DNA of 64,000 nucleotides from a virus (Duplodnaviria; Heunggongvirae; Uroviricota; Caudoviricetes): IMG/VR virus record IMGVR_UViG_2703718833_000007, positions 6,191 to 70,190 of that record; one strand, 5' to 3'. Shown piece by piece: positions 17,519 to 25,608 of this stretch (position 1 is its first letter; each line of letters starts with the position of its first letter). The notes under the pieces were generated by a model. It saw only the letters and a program-made list of their open reading frames with translations, ran no database searches and was not told where the DNA came from. The position numbers and the translations under genes were made by a program.

Positions 17519-17547
17519 TTGTGGAGCGAAAACAAACAGATTAAAAT
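17519..17547 (+). promoter_or_regulatory. Candidate late promoter (PR' analogue, presumed target of Q)
   Basis: TTGTGG - 17 nt - TAAAAT, ~30 bp upstream of terminator hairpin and 70 bp upstream of holin start. Confidence 0.35.
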
Positions 17548-17575
17548 ATTCTCTAACAATGCGAAACTGTAACTA

Positions 17576-17597
17576 CCCGGCCCCGCGCCGGGTTTTT
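17576..17597 (+). terminator. Rho-independent terminator (tR' analogue) upstream of lysis genes
   Basis: cccggc-cccgc-gccggg hairpin followed by ttttt. Confidence 0.6.
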
Positions 17598-17617
17598 GCT
17601 TTGTTGGAGGTAAATCT

Positions 17618-17818
17618 ATGTTCGAAAGAATACGGGAGGCGTGTGCGTATGTGGCTGGTGCAGTAACCGCTTTTTTCGGCGCGATAACCATCAATGACGT
17701 TGCCGTCTTTGTGGGTATCTTATCAACCATTGGCACATTTGCCGTTAACTATTACTTCAAATCACAGGAGAACAAGAGGGCGCAAGAGGAACACGACGCA
17801 CGAATGGGGAATAAGTAA
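17618..17818 (+). CDS. Holin (pinholin-like, two TM segments)
   Basis: Track ORF 66 aa; GGAGG SD; two hydrophobic helices and charged C-terminus; first gene of lysis cassette. Confidence 0.7.
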   Translation: MFERIREACAYVAGAVTAFFGAITINDVAVFVGILSTIGTFAVNYYFKSQENKRAQEEHDARMGNK

Positions 17819-17819
17819 C

Positions 17820-18311
17820 ATGATTAGCCAATCGCTGAAAAACCGACTAACTAAGGCGGCGGCTGGTGGAACGTTAGCCATTGCATCTGTTTTGCTTGTA
17901 TGGGTTGAGGGTACGGCTTACGAGCCTTATTACGATACCGGAGGCGTGCTAACTGTATGCAATGGCATAACCGGCCATGATGTTGTCCCTGGTAAGAGAT
18001 ATACACCGGATGAATGCGAGAGACTTTTGCAAAAGCATTTAACCGTTCACAAAAAGGCGGTTGATCGTTATGTAAAAGTTGACATGAATGATTATCAACG
18101 CGCAGCGCTAATTAGCTTTTCATACAATATCGGGGTTGACGCTTTCAAAAAATCAACCTTGTTAAAAAAAATAAACAAAGGCGACTTTAAGGGAGCGTGT
18201 AAGGAGATGGATCGCTGGGTGTATGACAATGGGAGATATATACAAGGCTTAAAGAATCGTCGCGATATTGAACGTGCTATATGTGAATGGGGCGTAACCA
18301 ATGGAAAGTGA
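17820..18311 (+). CDS. SAR endolysin (lysozyme with N-terminal signal-anchor-release domain)
   Basis: Track ORF 17694-18311 trimmed to MISQSLKN; hydrophobic Gly/Ala-rich N-terminus then lysozyme core resembling remembered phage 21 R. Confidence 0.8.
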   Translation: MISQSLKNRLTKAAAGGTLAIASVLLVWVEGTAYEPYYDTGGVLTVCNGITGHDVVPGKRYTPDECERLLQKHLTVHKKAVDRYVKVDMNDYQRAALISFSYNIGVDAFKKSTLLKKINKGDFKGACKEMDRWVYDNGRYIQGLKNRRDIERAICEWGVTNGK

Positions 18312-18822
18312 TGATGAACTAAAACGAAAGCTACACTACGATCCAGCGACAGGTATTTTCACCTATAAGATTAGTCCTCACGGGAGAATCAAGGCCGGAA
18401 GCGTAGCCGGGTGTAAGCATAAAAGCGGATACATACACATAGGAAGATATAAAGCGCATCGCCTTGCGTGGTTTTTCCATTATGGAGTGTGGCCCGAAAA
18501 GGACATTGACCATATTAATGGAATAAAAACCGACAACAGGATAGTAAACCTGCGAGAAACAGATGATGCGCATAACTGCAGAAACAAGAAACATATTGCC
18601 ACTCACACATTGTCTGCATTCAGGGGTGTTAGCTACCACAAAACAGAGAGAAGCAAGCCTAAATGGCGAGTAAGAATTACCGACAATGAAGGTAAGCGTA
18701 TATCTATTGGTTTATTTGACTCACTAGACGAAGCGATCGCCGCTCGCATTTTGGCGGAAAACTTTTTCTATGGTGAATATGCACCTTCGATGGGTTGCGA
18801 GGGTGAAACATGGACAAGGTGA
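18301..18822 (+). CDS. HNH homing endonuclease (HNH_3 + AP2-like), paralogue 2 of 4, inserted between endolysin and Rz
   Basis: Track ORF 173 aa; KDIDHINGIKTDNRIVNL HNH core; FRGVSYHK...KWRVRI AP2-like region. Confidence 0.85.
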   Translation: MESDDELKRKLHYDPATGIFTYKISPHGRIKAGSVAGCKHKSGYIHIGRYKAHRLAWFFHYGVWPEKDIDHINGIKTDNRIVNLRETDDAHNCRNKKHIATHTLSAFRGVSYHKTERSKPKWRVRITDNEGKRISIGLFDSLDEAIAARILAENFFYGEYAPSMGCEGETWTR

Positions 18823-19280
18823 AGACGTTAATCATCGCCGCTGTTGTTTGCATCATTGCCGGGCTTGCTGCCGTAACGTGCTATTACCAGGGTGAAACGG
18901 CAAGGTTGCAGGAAGAAGTCACGGTGACGAAAGGCGCGCTAAAAACAGCAAGTAACACTATTCAGCAGATGAAGGAGCGAAACGCAGAACTGTCAAAACT
19001 TGATAAGAGGTATCACGATGAGATTAAAGCTATCAGATCTGACATTGCCGATCTGCGCACTGGCATTGATAACGGCACTATCAGGCTGCGCGTCAACGCA
19101 ATACCAGTGCGAGTGTCCGACTCCACCGGAACCGCCAGCCGCATTGATGGAGCCTCCTGTAGACTCACTCCCGACGCTGAATCGGCTTATCTATCCCTCA
19201 GAGAACAACTAAAAGAGAAAGATGCGAAGATAACCGCGCTTCAGGGCTACATCAAAACGCAGTGCTTACGCAAAGAATAA
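18810..19280 (+). CDS. Rz-like i-spanin
   Basis: Track ORF 156 aa; N-terminal TM anchor, coiled-coil periplasmic domain. Confidence 0.75.
   Translation: MDKVKTLIIAAVVCIIAGLAAVTCYYQGETARLQEEVTVTKGALKTASNTIQQMKERNAELSKLDKRYHDEIKAIRSDIADLRTGIDNGTIRLRVNAIPVRVSDSTGTASRIDGASCRLTPDAESAYLSLREQLKEKDAKITALQGYIKTQCLRKE
19018..19212 (+). CDS. Rz1-like o-spanin lipoprotein (embedded in Rz in +1 frame)
   Basis: Track ORF 19000-19212 trimmed to MRLKLSDLTLPICALALITALSGC (lipobox LSGC), Pro-rich mature part; AAGAGG SD. Confidence 0.7.
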   Translation: MRLKLSDLTLPICALALITALSGCASTQYQCECPTPPEPPAALMEPPVDSLPTLNRLIYPSENN

Positions 19281-19560
19281 CAGCGCGTGGACGTGTCGCC
19301 GTTTCTGCCAGCCAGCCATAACCGGGCCAATCCTTCCCGCGAGCGACGGCGGAAAAGTCAAAAACACGTAATACCGGATGCACGTCATCCCATTAACAGG
19401 TCAGGCGCTACCTGGGTAGAAGAAAGCGCCACCCACCAGTTTATAAAATTCTGCAAACGTTACTCACACAGCGCCGTTTTCAGTGTTTTATAGCTGTTTT
19501 CACTCCCTGCTGTGTCCAGTTTTGCGGGGGTTATATTTTTCAGGATAGAGGAATATTCTG

Positions 19561-20145
19561 ATGGCTAAGGCTAAAGGCATTAAGTTGCCTCAATTCAAAG
19601 TCCCGCTCTTTGAGCATACAACAGTTTTCTTTTGCCCGACCCGCGACATGTTCTATGAATTTTGCGAAAAGGCAGGGATCCCAATCGAACCTGATTTCGA
19701 ACTGGCAGGAGGATTAACACTTACTTGCACTGGCGAGAAAGGCGGTAACTTCTACGTGATCGCAGTATTCGACAATGAGTTAGGAACTCTGGTGCATGAA
19801 GCGGCCCACACTACGTTTCACGTATTAAGTGATGTAGGCGTAGTGGCGACCACTGATCCCAGCCATCCGGCAAACGAGACTTATGCTTACATGGTAGGCC
19901 GCATCTTTGATGCTTTCTTCCCCATCCTGGCGGAATCAAATGAAGCACAGGTGGCAGCAATGCAGGCAGCTGAAGTCGTAGAGAAGGCATTAGAACAGGC
20001 AGAAAAGGCGACTGATGCAGCAGAGCAGGCAGTAGAGCAGGCAGAGGAGCCGAAAGAAGAGAAAAAACCAGCTAAGAAAGGCAAACGTAAGCCTAAAGCA
20101 AAAGAGGCGCTTGTACCGCGTATTATGAGCTTTAAACGAGGCTGA
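19561..20145 (+). CDS. Hypothetical protein with HExxH zinc-metallopeptidase-like motif
   Basis: Track ORF 194 aa; LVHEAAHTTFHV motif; Ala/Glu/Lys-rich C-terminal tail. Confidence 0.45.
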   Translation: MAKAKGIKLPQFKVPLFEHTTVFFCPTRDMFYEFCEKAGIPIEPDFELAGGLTLTCTGEKGGNFYVIAVFDNELGTLVHEAAHTTFHVLSDVGVVATTDPSHPANETYAYMVGRIFDAFFPILAESNEAQVAAMQAAEVVEKALEQAEKATDAAEQAVEQAEEPKEEKKPAKKGKRKPKAKEALVPRIMSFKRG

Positions 20146-20147
20146 TT

Positions 20148-20222
20148 ATGATTGACCCGCTCATTATCCTTTCTTCCTGCGTCGCTGTATGGCTGGCGAT
20201 CATGATATTCATTGAAAGCTGA
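20148..20222 (+). CDS. Mini hydrophobic peptide 1 of 6 (24 aa)
   Basis: Own translation MIDPLIILSSCVAVWLAIMIFIES; GAGG SD. Confidence 0.4.
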   Translation: MIDPLIILSSCVAVWLAIMIFIES

Positions 20223-20232
20223 AGGTGTTCAC

Positions 20233-20307
20233 ATGAATATTTACGATCTCATCTGGTGGTCGTTGGTCGCCGTCATTATCTATTTATGGTGGAAGAATGT
20301 TGTATAG
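20233..20307 (+). CDS. Mini hydrophobic peptide 2 of 6 (24 aa)
   Basis: Own translation MNIYDLIWWSLVAVIIYLWWKNVV; AAGGTG SD. Confidence 0.4.
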   Translation: MNIYDLIWWSLVAVIIYLWWKNVV

Positions 20308-20315
20308 GTGACGGC

Positions 20316-20414
20316 ATGGATATATTCGAATTACTGGCGATTATGTGCGGAATGATGTTAGGCACTGTCGCCATAATCATCATCATCGGCCTTGTTATGG
20401 GTAGCATCAAATGA
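20316..20414 (+). CDS. Mini hydrophobic peptide 3 of 6 (32 aa)
   Basis: Own translation MDIFELLAIMCGMMLGTVAIIIIIGLVMGSIK; AGGTGA SD. Confidence 0.4.
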   Translation: MDIFELLAIMCGMMLGTVAIIIIIGLVMGSIK

Positions 20415-20491
20415 ACGCATACGAAATGCTATTGCTGGTGGCTGTTATTACAGTTATCGCCGTTGATTTTTATCGAGGGTTGAAAAGATGA
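20411..20491 (+). CDS. Mini hydrophobic peptide 4 of 6 (26 aa)
   Basis: Own translation MNAYEMLLLVAVITVIAVDFYRGLKR; ATGA overlap with peptide 3. Confidence 0.4.
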   Translation: MNAYEMLLLVAVITVIAVDFYRGLKR

Positions 20492-20559
20492 GAGAAGCAG
20501 ACTTCTTTTGCATGATTATGGTGATCGTCATCGTTGCCGTGCTTTTAAGCGTTAACTGA
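20488..20559 (+). CDS. Mini hydrophobic peptide 5 of 6 (23 aa)
   Basis: Own translation MREADFFCMIMVIVIVAVLLSVN; GAGGG SD; ATGA overlap with peptide 4. Confidence 0.4.
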   Translation: MREADFFCMIMVIVIVAVLLSVN

Positions 20560-20577
20560 ATCGCAGGGGGGTTAAAA

Positions 20578-20646
20578 ATGAAATGGCTTGATTTCTTTTT
20601 CCTGATCGTTGCGATTGTTCTTACCATGACCGCGCTGACTCAATAG
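20578..20646 (+). CDS. Mini hydrophobic peptide 6 of 6 (22 aa)
   Basis: Own translation MKWLDFFFLIVAIVLTMTALTQ; AGGGGGG SD. Confidence 0.4.
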   Translation: MKWLDFFFLIVAIVLTMTALTQ

Positions 20647-20809
20647 GTTATGGCTTGGACGCGCATTTTATGCGCTTCCTAAACTTAGTAAGCCAAAGAA
20701 AGAGAATGGCAAGCAATGAAATATCTATCAAGTTGGTTGGGTGTATCAATATACTTCGCAACATTAATCGAGTGTTTATATATAGTGAATAAATTTTAAG
20801 AGGTGAATT

Positions 20810-21295
20810 ATGGCCCGCACTAAAAAGGCAAAGGCTGACGATAAAAAGCCAGCAGCTAAAAAGGTGGGCCGTCCGCATGGTTATACCGAAGAAAAGGCAT
20901 TAGAGATCTGTGAGCTGGTGGCGGACGGTCAGAGCGTTAACAAAATTTCAAAAATGCCAGGTATGCCAACACGTTCGACAATCCTTAAGTGGTTCCGTGA
21001 TGTGCCTGAATTTTCGGACATGTACGTGAGAGCGAAGGAGATCGGTTTTGAGGTATTAGCTGATGAGATCATCGATATAGCTGACGCAGCTGAGAATATT
21101 GATAAGGATGAATTGCGCCGCCATCAATTAATGATTGAAACCCGTAAATGGCTATTGGCAAAACTGCAACCGCGTAAATATGGTGAACGCGTCACGCAGG
21201 AAATCGTTGGTAACAGGGAGGAATCACCCGTCCAGGTTGAAGTCACGAAAGAAGAGATCGCCCGCATCGTCCAGGAAGTAGAAGACGAGGTGTGA
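20810..21295 (+). CDS. Terminase small subunit
   Basis: Track ORF 161 aa; basic N-terminus, HTH-like region, immediately upstream of and overlapping large terminase. Confidence 0.75.
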   Translation: MARTKKAKADDKKPAAKKVGRPHGYTEEKALEICELVADGQSVNKISKMPGMPTRSTILKWFRDVPEFSDMYVRAKEIGFEVLADEIIDIADAAENIDKDELRRHQLMIETRKWLLAKLQPRKYGERVTQEIVGNREESPVQVEVTKEEIARIVQEVEDEV

Positions 21296-21297
21296 TT

Positions 21298-22776
21298 ATG
21301 TTGACAATCAAAGAACGAGTTATTCAGTCCAAATGTGAAAACGATGGCCTGTTTTTCAATCGCTATTTCTATAAACAAGCGAACGGAACGAAGATGTTAA
21401 TCTCAGGCCATCATTTAGCTATCCGTGATGCACTGCAACGCGTTATTAATGGTGAGATCACCCGCCTCATCATTAACATCCCCCCAGGGTACGGCAAAAC
21501 CATGATCGCAACTATCAACATGATGGCGCGGTCACTCGCAATAAATCCCCGCACAAGATTCCTTCACGTTTCCTATTCCAACAACCTGGCATTACTCAAT
21601 TCCTCGACTGTAAGAAACATGATCTGTACGCCTGAATATCAGGCAATGTGGCCCATGAAGATCCGCAACGATGCCAACAGTAAATCGATGTGGTGGACTG
21701 AATACGGTGGCGGCGTGTATGCAACGTCATCGCTTGGCCAGGTAACTGGGTTCCGTGCAGGGTATATGGAACCGGGATTTAACGGCGCGTTAATCATCGA
21801 CGACCCATTAAAACCGGCTGACGCTTACTCTGACGTGGTGAGAAAGCAGGTAAACACCAACTATAACGACACACTTGCTTCACGTCTGGCAGTGCAAACA
21901 ACGCCTGTCATCGTCATCATGCAGCGCATCCACTACGATGATTTGTCCGGCTACTTGCTACGCGGTGGGAGCGGTGAAAAGTGGTATCACCTTAACCTGC
22001 CAGTGAAGATCGACAATAGCGTTGACTATCGGGATTTGTACCCTGAAAACGAGTTCGCAATCCCTATCGCTCACAACCTGCCTGATGGCTGGCTGTGGCC
22101 TAAAAAGCACAATGACGCCCATGAAGCTGGACTGAAAGCACACAGGCGGTCATTTGAAGCCCAGTACATGCAGCGCCCGCGTAAATTCGACGAAGAGGGT
22201 GCATTGTGGACTGAAGCCATGATAACCGCAGCGCACCGGATGCAGATAACGCAGGATAAGGTTCGCACGGTGATAGCCATAGACCCGGCGACAACGTCAT
22301 CTGACGAATCGGACGAAACGGGGATCGTGGCATGTTCCGCCTATGGTGGCGGCAAGAATGCTCAGTATTCTGTTGATGGCGACTACTCAGGCCGCATGTC
22401 TCCTAACGACTGGGCGCAAGCCTCAATGAACGCCTACAACATCCATGAAGCTGACGCGATAGTTATCGAAACCAACCAGGGCGGCGAAATGGCAGAGGCC
22501 ACGTTGCGTAATGCCGGATTCAAGGGCCGCATTGTTAAGGTGCACGCAAGCAAAGGTAAGTTCGCCCGTGCTGAACCAATATCCGCACTATATGCGCAGG
22601 GAAGGGTAGCCCACACTGGCAGCCTGTACACGCTGGAGAATCAAATGATGGAATACGTGCCAGCCACCGCAAAAAAATCCCCTGACCGTATGGACGCTAT
22701 GGTATGGGGAATCACTGAATTAAGCCAACCGCAGGCAATGGGCCTCATGTTACCGAAGCGCCTGCGCGGATTTTAA
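21298..22776 (+). CDS. Terminase large subunit
   Basis: Track ORF 21292-22776; Walker A-like NIPPGYGKT, nuclease-domain acidic residues; position. Confidence 0.9.
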   Translation: MLTIKERVIQSKCENDGLFFNRYFYKQANGTKMLISGHHLAIRDALQRVINGEITRLIINIPPGYGKTMIATINMMARSLAINPRTRFLHVSYSNNLALLNSSTVRNMICTPEYQAMWPMKIRNDANSKSMWWTEYGGGVYATSSLGQVTGFRAGYMEPGFNGALIIDDPLKPADAYSDVVRKQVNTNYNDTLASRLAVQTTPVIVIMQRIHYDDLSGYLLRGGSGEKWYHLNLPVKIDNSVDYRDLYPENEFAIPIAHNLPDGWLWPKKHNDAHEAGLKAHRRSFEAQYMQRPRKFDEEGALWTEAMITAAHRMQITQDKVRTVIAIDPATTSSDESDETGIVACSAYGGGKNAQYSVDGDYSGRMSPNDWAQASMNAYNIHEADAIVIETNQGGEMAEATLRNAGFKGRIVKVHASKGKFARAEPISALYAQGRVAHTGSLYTLENQMMEYVPATAKKSPDRMDAMVWGITELSQPQAMGLMLPKRLRGF

Positions 22777-22810
22777 AATCTGACTCACAATCCCCCACAA
22801 GTTTTTCTAT

Positions 22811-22838
22811 TTTTCGCGTAGCAACGCGTAAACATGTA
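22811..22838 (+). promoter_or_regulatory. Conserved 28-bp near-palindromic element, copy 1 (TTTTCGCGTAGCAACGCGTAAACATGTA)
   Basis: 25/28 identical to element at 36025-36052; inverted arms TTTTCGCG / CGCGTAAA. Confidence 0.35.
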
Positions 22839-22854
22839 TTCAGGAGTAAACATT

Positions 22855-24225
22855 ATGCCATCAAATTTAGATTTGGCGGTTAATGCTGCCTTGTCACAAC
22901 GCCAGGCGGCCTATGCCCGCTATACCGCAGCACACCCATTCACGATGGGGATAGATGCCAAACGCGATGCTGCGTGGAGTGAATACGGATTCAAAGAAGA
23001 GATCACGTATGAAGACCTGTACAAACTGTACAGACGCGGTGGTATCGCTCACGGTGCTGTAGAGAAGATTGTTACTACGTGCTGGCGCACCATGCCGATG
23101 CTGATAGAAGGCACGGAAGACGAGAAAGCAGAAAAGGAAACACCGTGGGAAAGGGAAATCAAAAAGCAATTCGATAACAGATTTTGGCGTGTTATTGCCG
23201 AATGTGATCGCCGCCGCCTCATTGGTCGTTACGCTGGCCTGTTGATTCATGCCAGAGATAACCAGCCGTGGGAAAAGCCAGTCACAAAAGGCGTAGGTAT
23301 TGCCAAATTTACCCCGGTATGGGCTGGTGCTCTTACGCCGAAGGAGTTCGAAGAAGACCCGAACAGTGAAAATTATGGCCTGCCTACATGGTGGGAATAC
23401 AAAGAACGCATTAACAGTAAGACCATTGCCAGAAGAATCCACCCTGATCGCATATTCATCTTTGGCGACTATTCCGATGATGCCATCGCTTTCCTTGAAC
23501 CTTCCTATAACGCCTTTGTGTCACTGGAGAAGGTGGAAGGTGGTAGCGGTGAATCATTCCTGAAAAACGCCGCCCGTCAGCTTGCTATCTCATTCGATAA
23601 GGAAATTGATTTCCGTTCCCTGGCCGCTACATACGATTGCGACGTTACAGAGTTACGCGAAAGATTCAATGAGGCTGCGGCTGAAATGAATAAGGGTAAC
23701 GATGTGATGATGGCATTACAAGGGGCGACAGTAAGCCCGCTGGTGACTGCCGTATCTGATCCGTCAGCAACCTATGACGTCAACCTGCAAACCGCCGCCG
23801 CTGGCATTGATATTCCAACCCGCATCCTGGTTGGGAACCAGCAGGGCGAACGCGCATCAACCGAAGATCTGCGTTACTTCAACAGCCGCTGTATGACCCG
23901 CAGGGAAGAGATTGGCGGTGAGCTTGAGGATTTATTCAGCAAGATGGCAGATCTGCGCCTTATCAGTATGCCAGTAGATATATCAGTGATATGGGACGAC
24001 CTGAACGCCATGACCAAAGCCGAACTACTGGAAGCTGCACACAAGATGGCGCAAATCAATCAGGCTTGCCTTGCTACTGGTGAAGAAATATTTAGCGGTG
24101 ATGAGATCCGCGAGGCTGCCGGATACGATGGCCCTGCCAGTGTAGTAGAAATGGAAGAGGAAAACGATGATGAAGGTGAAGAAGATAATCAGGCGAATAC
24201 CTCCAGCCGCGATAATGCCATCTAA
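22855..24225 (+). CDS. Portal protein
   Basis: Track ORF 22834-24225 trimmed to ATG with AGGAG SD; size and position after large terminase; acidic C-terminus. Confidence 0.8.
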   Translation: MPSNLDLAVNAALSQRQAAYARYTAAHPFTMGIDAKRDAAWSEYGFKEEITYEDLYKLYRRGGIAHGAVEKIVTTCWRTMPMLIEGTEDEKAEKETPWEREIKKQFDNRFWRVIAECDRRRLIGRYAGLLIHARDNQPWEKPVTKGVGIAKFTPVWAGALTPKEFEEDPNSENYGLPTWWEYKERINSKTIARRIHPDRIFIFGDYSDDAIAFLEPSYNAFVSLEKVEGGSGESFLKNAARQLAISFDKEIDFRSLAATYDCDVTELRERFNEAAAEMNKGNDVMMALQGATVSPLVTAVSDPSATYDVNLQTAAAGIDIPTRILVGNQQGERASTEDLRYFNSRCMTRREEIGGELEDLFSKMADLRLISMPVDISVIWDDLNAMTKAELLEAAHKMAQINQACLATGEEIFSGDEIREAAGYDGPASVVEMEEENDDEGEEDNQANTSSRDNAI

Positions 24226-25111
24226 CACCGAAGACCCGACCATGACAGGGAAGTTAAGGTCTGGTGCTATCAAGCGTTTTAAATCCTGCCTGAAGAAAGT
24301 TGCGGATCCGTATATTGCCATACTGGACAGGATGCAATATAGCCTTGCTGTTAATAAAAAATACACCTTTCAGATCTACATTGACGAATTACATGACTTG
24401 CTGGAAGACGCCAGCGACATGATTGATGAGATATTCGAGTTAACAGACCCGGAAAACTTCTGGTTCTGGCAGGAATACGTGAAAGTGGCATATCAGCGCG
24501 GCACTTCCCAGGAATACGCTAACCTCGCTAACCAGTCAGTCACATATTCCAGGGCTTACCCTGAAGTGTCGGCGGTATTAACCAGTCAGACCTATCGAAC
24601 GCGCCTTGCTCTGGTGCGTACCCGCGTATTTGAAGAGATGCGCGGGCTGACAGCACAGATCAAGAAGGATATGGCACGCCGATTAACTGAAGGCATGGCC
24701 CGTGGTTTAAATCCACTTGAAATAGCGCGCACATTGCAGCAGGAAACGCAATTACCGCTATACCGGTGCAAACGTATTGCCCGCACTGAAATATGCACAG
24801 CGTTGCGCACAGCGCGTATGGATGAGGCTGAAGCGGCGACGGAAGAGCTTAATCTGCGCACTATGCAGATGCACATTTCGGCATTGTCGCCGACTACCAG
24901 GTTGTCACACGCACAGCGGCACGGGAAAACTTACACCATAGAAGAGCAGCGCGAATGGTGGAGCAGATCCCCAAATTCAATTAACTGCAAATGTAGCACT
25001 ATTACCGTGATGGTCGATGAATCTGGTAACATATTAAACAAACGAATATTAGAGCGGGCGCAAGAAAATTATAAGGTTGCGCACGCTAAATATGGCGAAG
25101 ATTGGGAGTGA
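24167..25111 (+). CDS. Head morphogenesis protein (SPP1 gp7 / Mu F-like minor head protein)
   Basis: Track ORF 314 aa; position after portal; family assigned from overall pattern. Confidence 0.6.
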   Translation: MMKVKKIIRRIPPAAIMPSNTEDPTMTGKLRSGAIKRFKSCLKKVADPYIAILDRMQYSLAVNKKYTFQIYIDELHDLLEDASDMIDEIFELTDPENFWFWQEYVKVAYQRGTSQEYANLANQSVTYSRAYPEVSAVLTSQTYRTRLALVRTRVFEEMRGLTAQIKKDMARRLTEGMARGLNPLEIARTLQQETQLPLYRCKRIARTEICTALRTARMDEAEAATEELNLRTMQMHISALSPTTRLSHAQRHGKTYTIEEQREWWSRSPNSINCKCSTITVMVDESGNILNKRILERAQENYKVAHAKYGEDWE

Positions 25112-25607
25112 TATCGTGAATGAAGTGATTAATTGGCATGATTATTTCACGTATAAATCAGGCCATATTTACTGGAAAATATCACCAACTAACGGCGTTC
25201 ATATTGGCGACCATGCGGGGAATGACAGCGGGTTGGGCTACTTGCGTGTTCGTGTCAATTATAGGTTATATCTTGTTAGTAGAATCATATGGGAAATGCA
25301 CAACGGCCCGATCCCGGAAGGGTACGAGATAGACCACATTGACCATAACACACTAAATAACGATATAACGAACCTAAGGATGGTAAGTCATTACGAAAAT
25401 ACACTAAATGCGCCAATGAGAAAGGATAATAAAAGCGGTTATGTCGGTGTTATTTGGCATAAGGCGTCCCGTAAATGGATGGCGTATGTACAAGTGAATA
25501 AGAAGCGCAAACATTTAGGTTTATTTGACAGCATAGATAAGGCCGTAGCTGCCCGCCGACAGGCTGAAAAAGAGAACAATTATCACCCAAATCACGGGAG
25601 TGTTTAA
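25092..25607 (+). CDS. HNH homing endonuclease (HNH_3 + AP2-like), paralogue 3 of 4 (start uncertain: 25077, 25092 or GTG 25116)
   Basis: Track ORF 25077-25607; INWHDYF, GPIPEGYEIDHIDHN, SGYVGVIWHK...KWMAYV motifs. Confidence 0.85.
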   Translation: MAKIGSDIVNEVINWHDYFTYKSGHIYWKISPTNGVHIGDHAGNDSGLGYLRVRVNYRLYLVSRIIWEMHNGPIPEGYEIDHIDHNTLNNDITNLRMVSHYENTLNAPMRKDNKSGYVGVIWHKASRKWMAYVQVNKKRKHLGLFDSIDKAVAARRQAEKENNYHPNHGSV

Positions 25608-25608
25608 G

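Noticed and set aside
17392-17736. Minus-strand 114-aa ORF spanning late promoter, terminator and holin start
   Set aside because: Overlaps strongly supported plus-strand regulatory elements and coupled genes; no support
19287-19493. Plus-strand 68-aa ORF after Rz
   Set aside because: Arg-rich translation, no SD, GTG-only start; region more likely non-coding spacer
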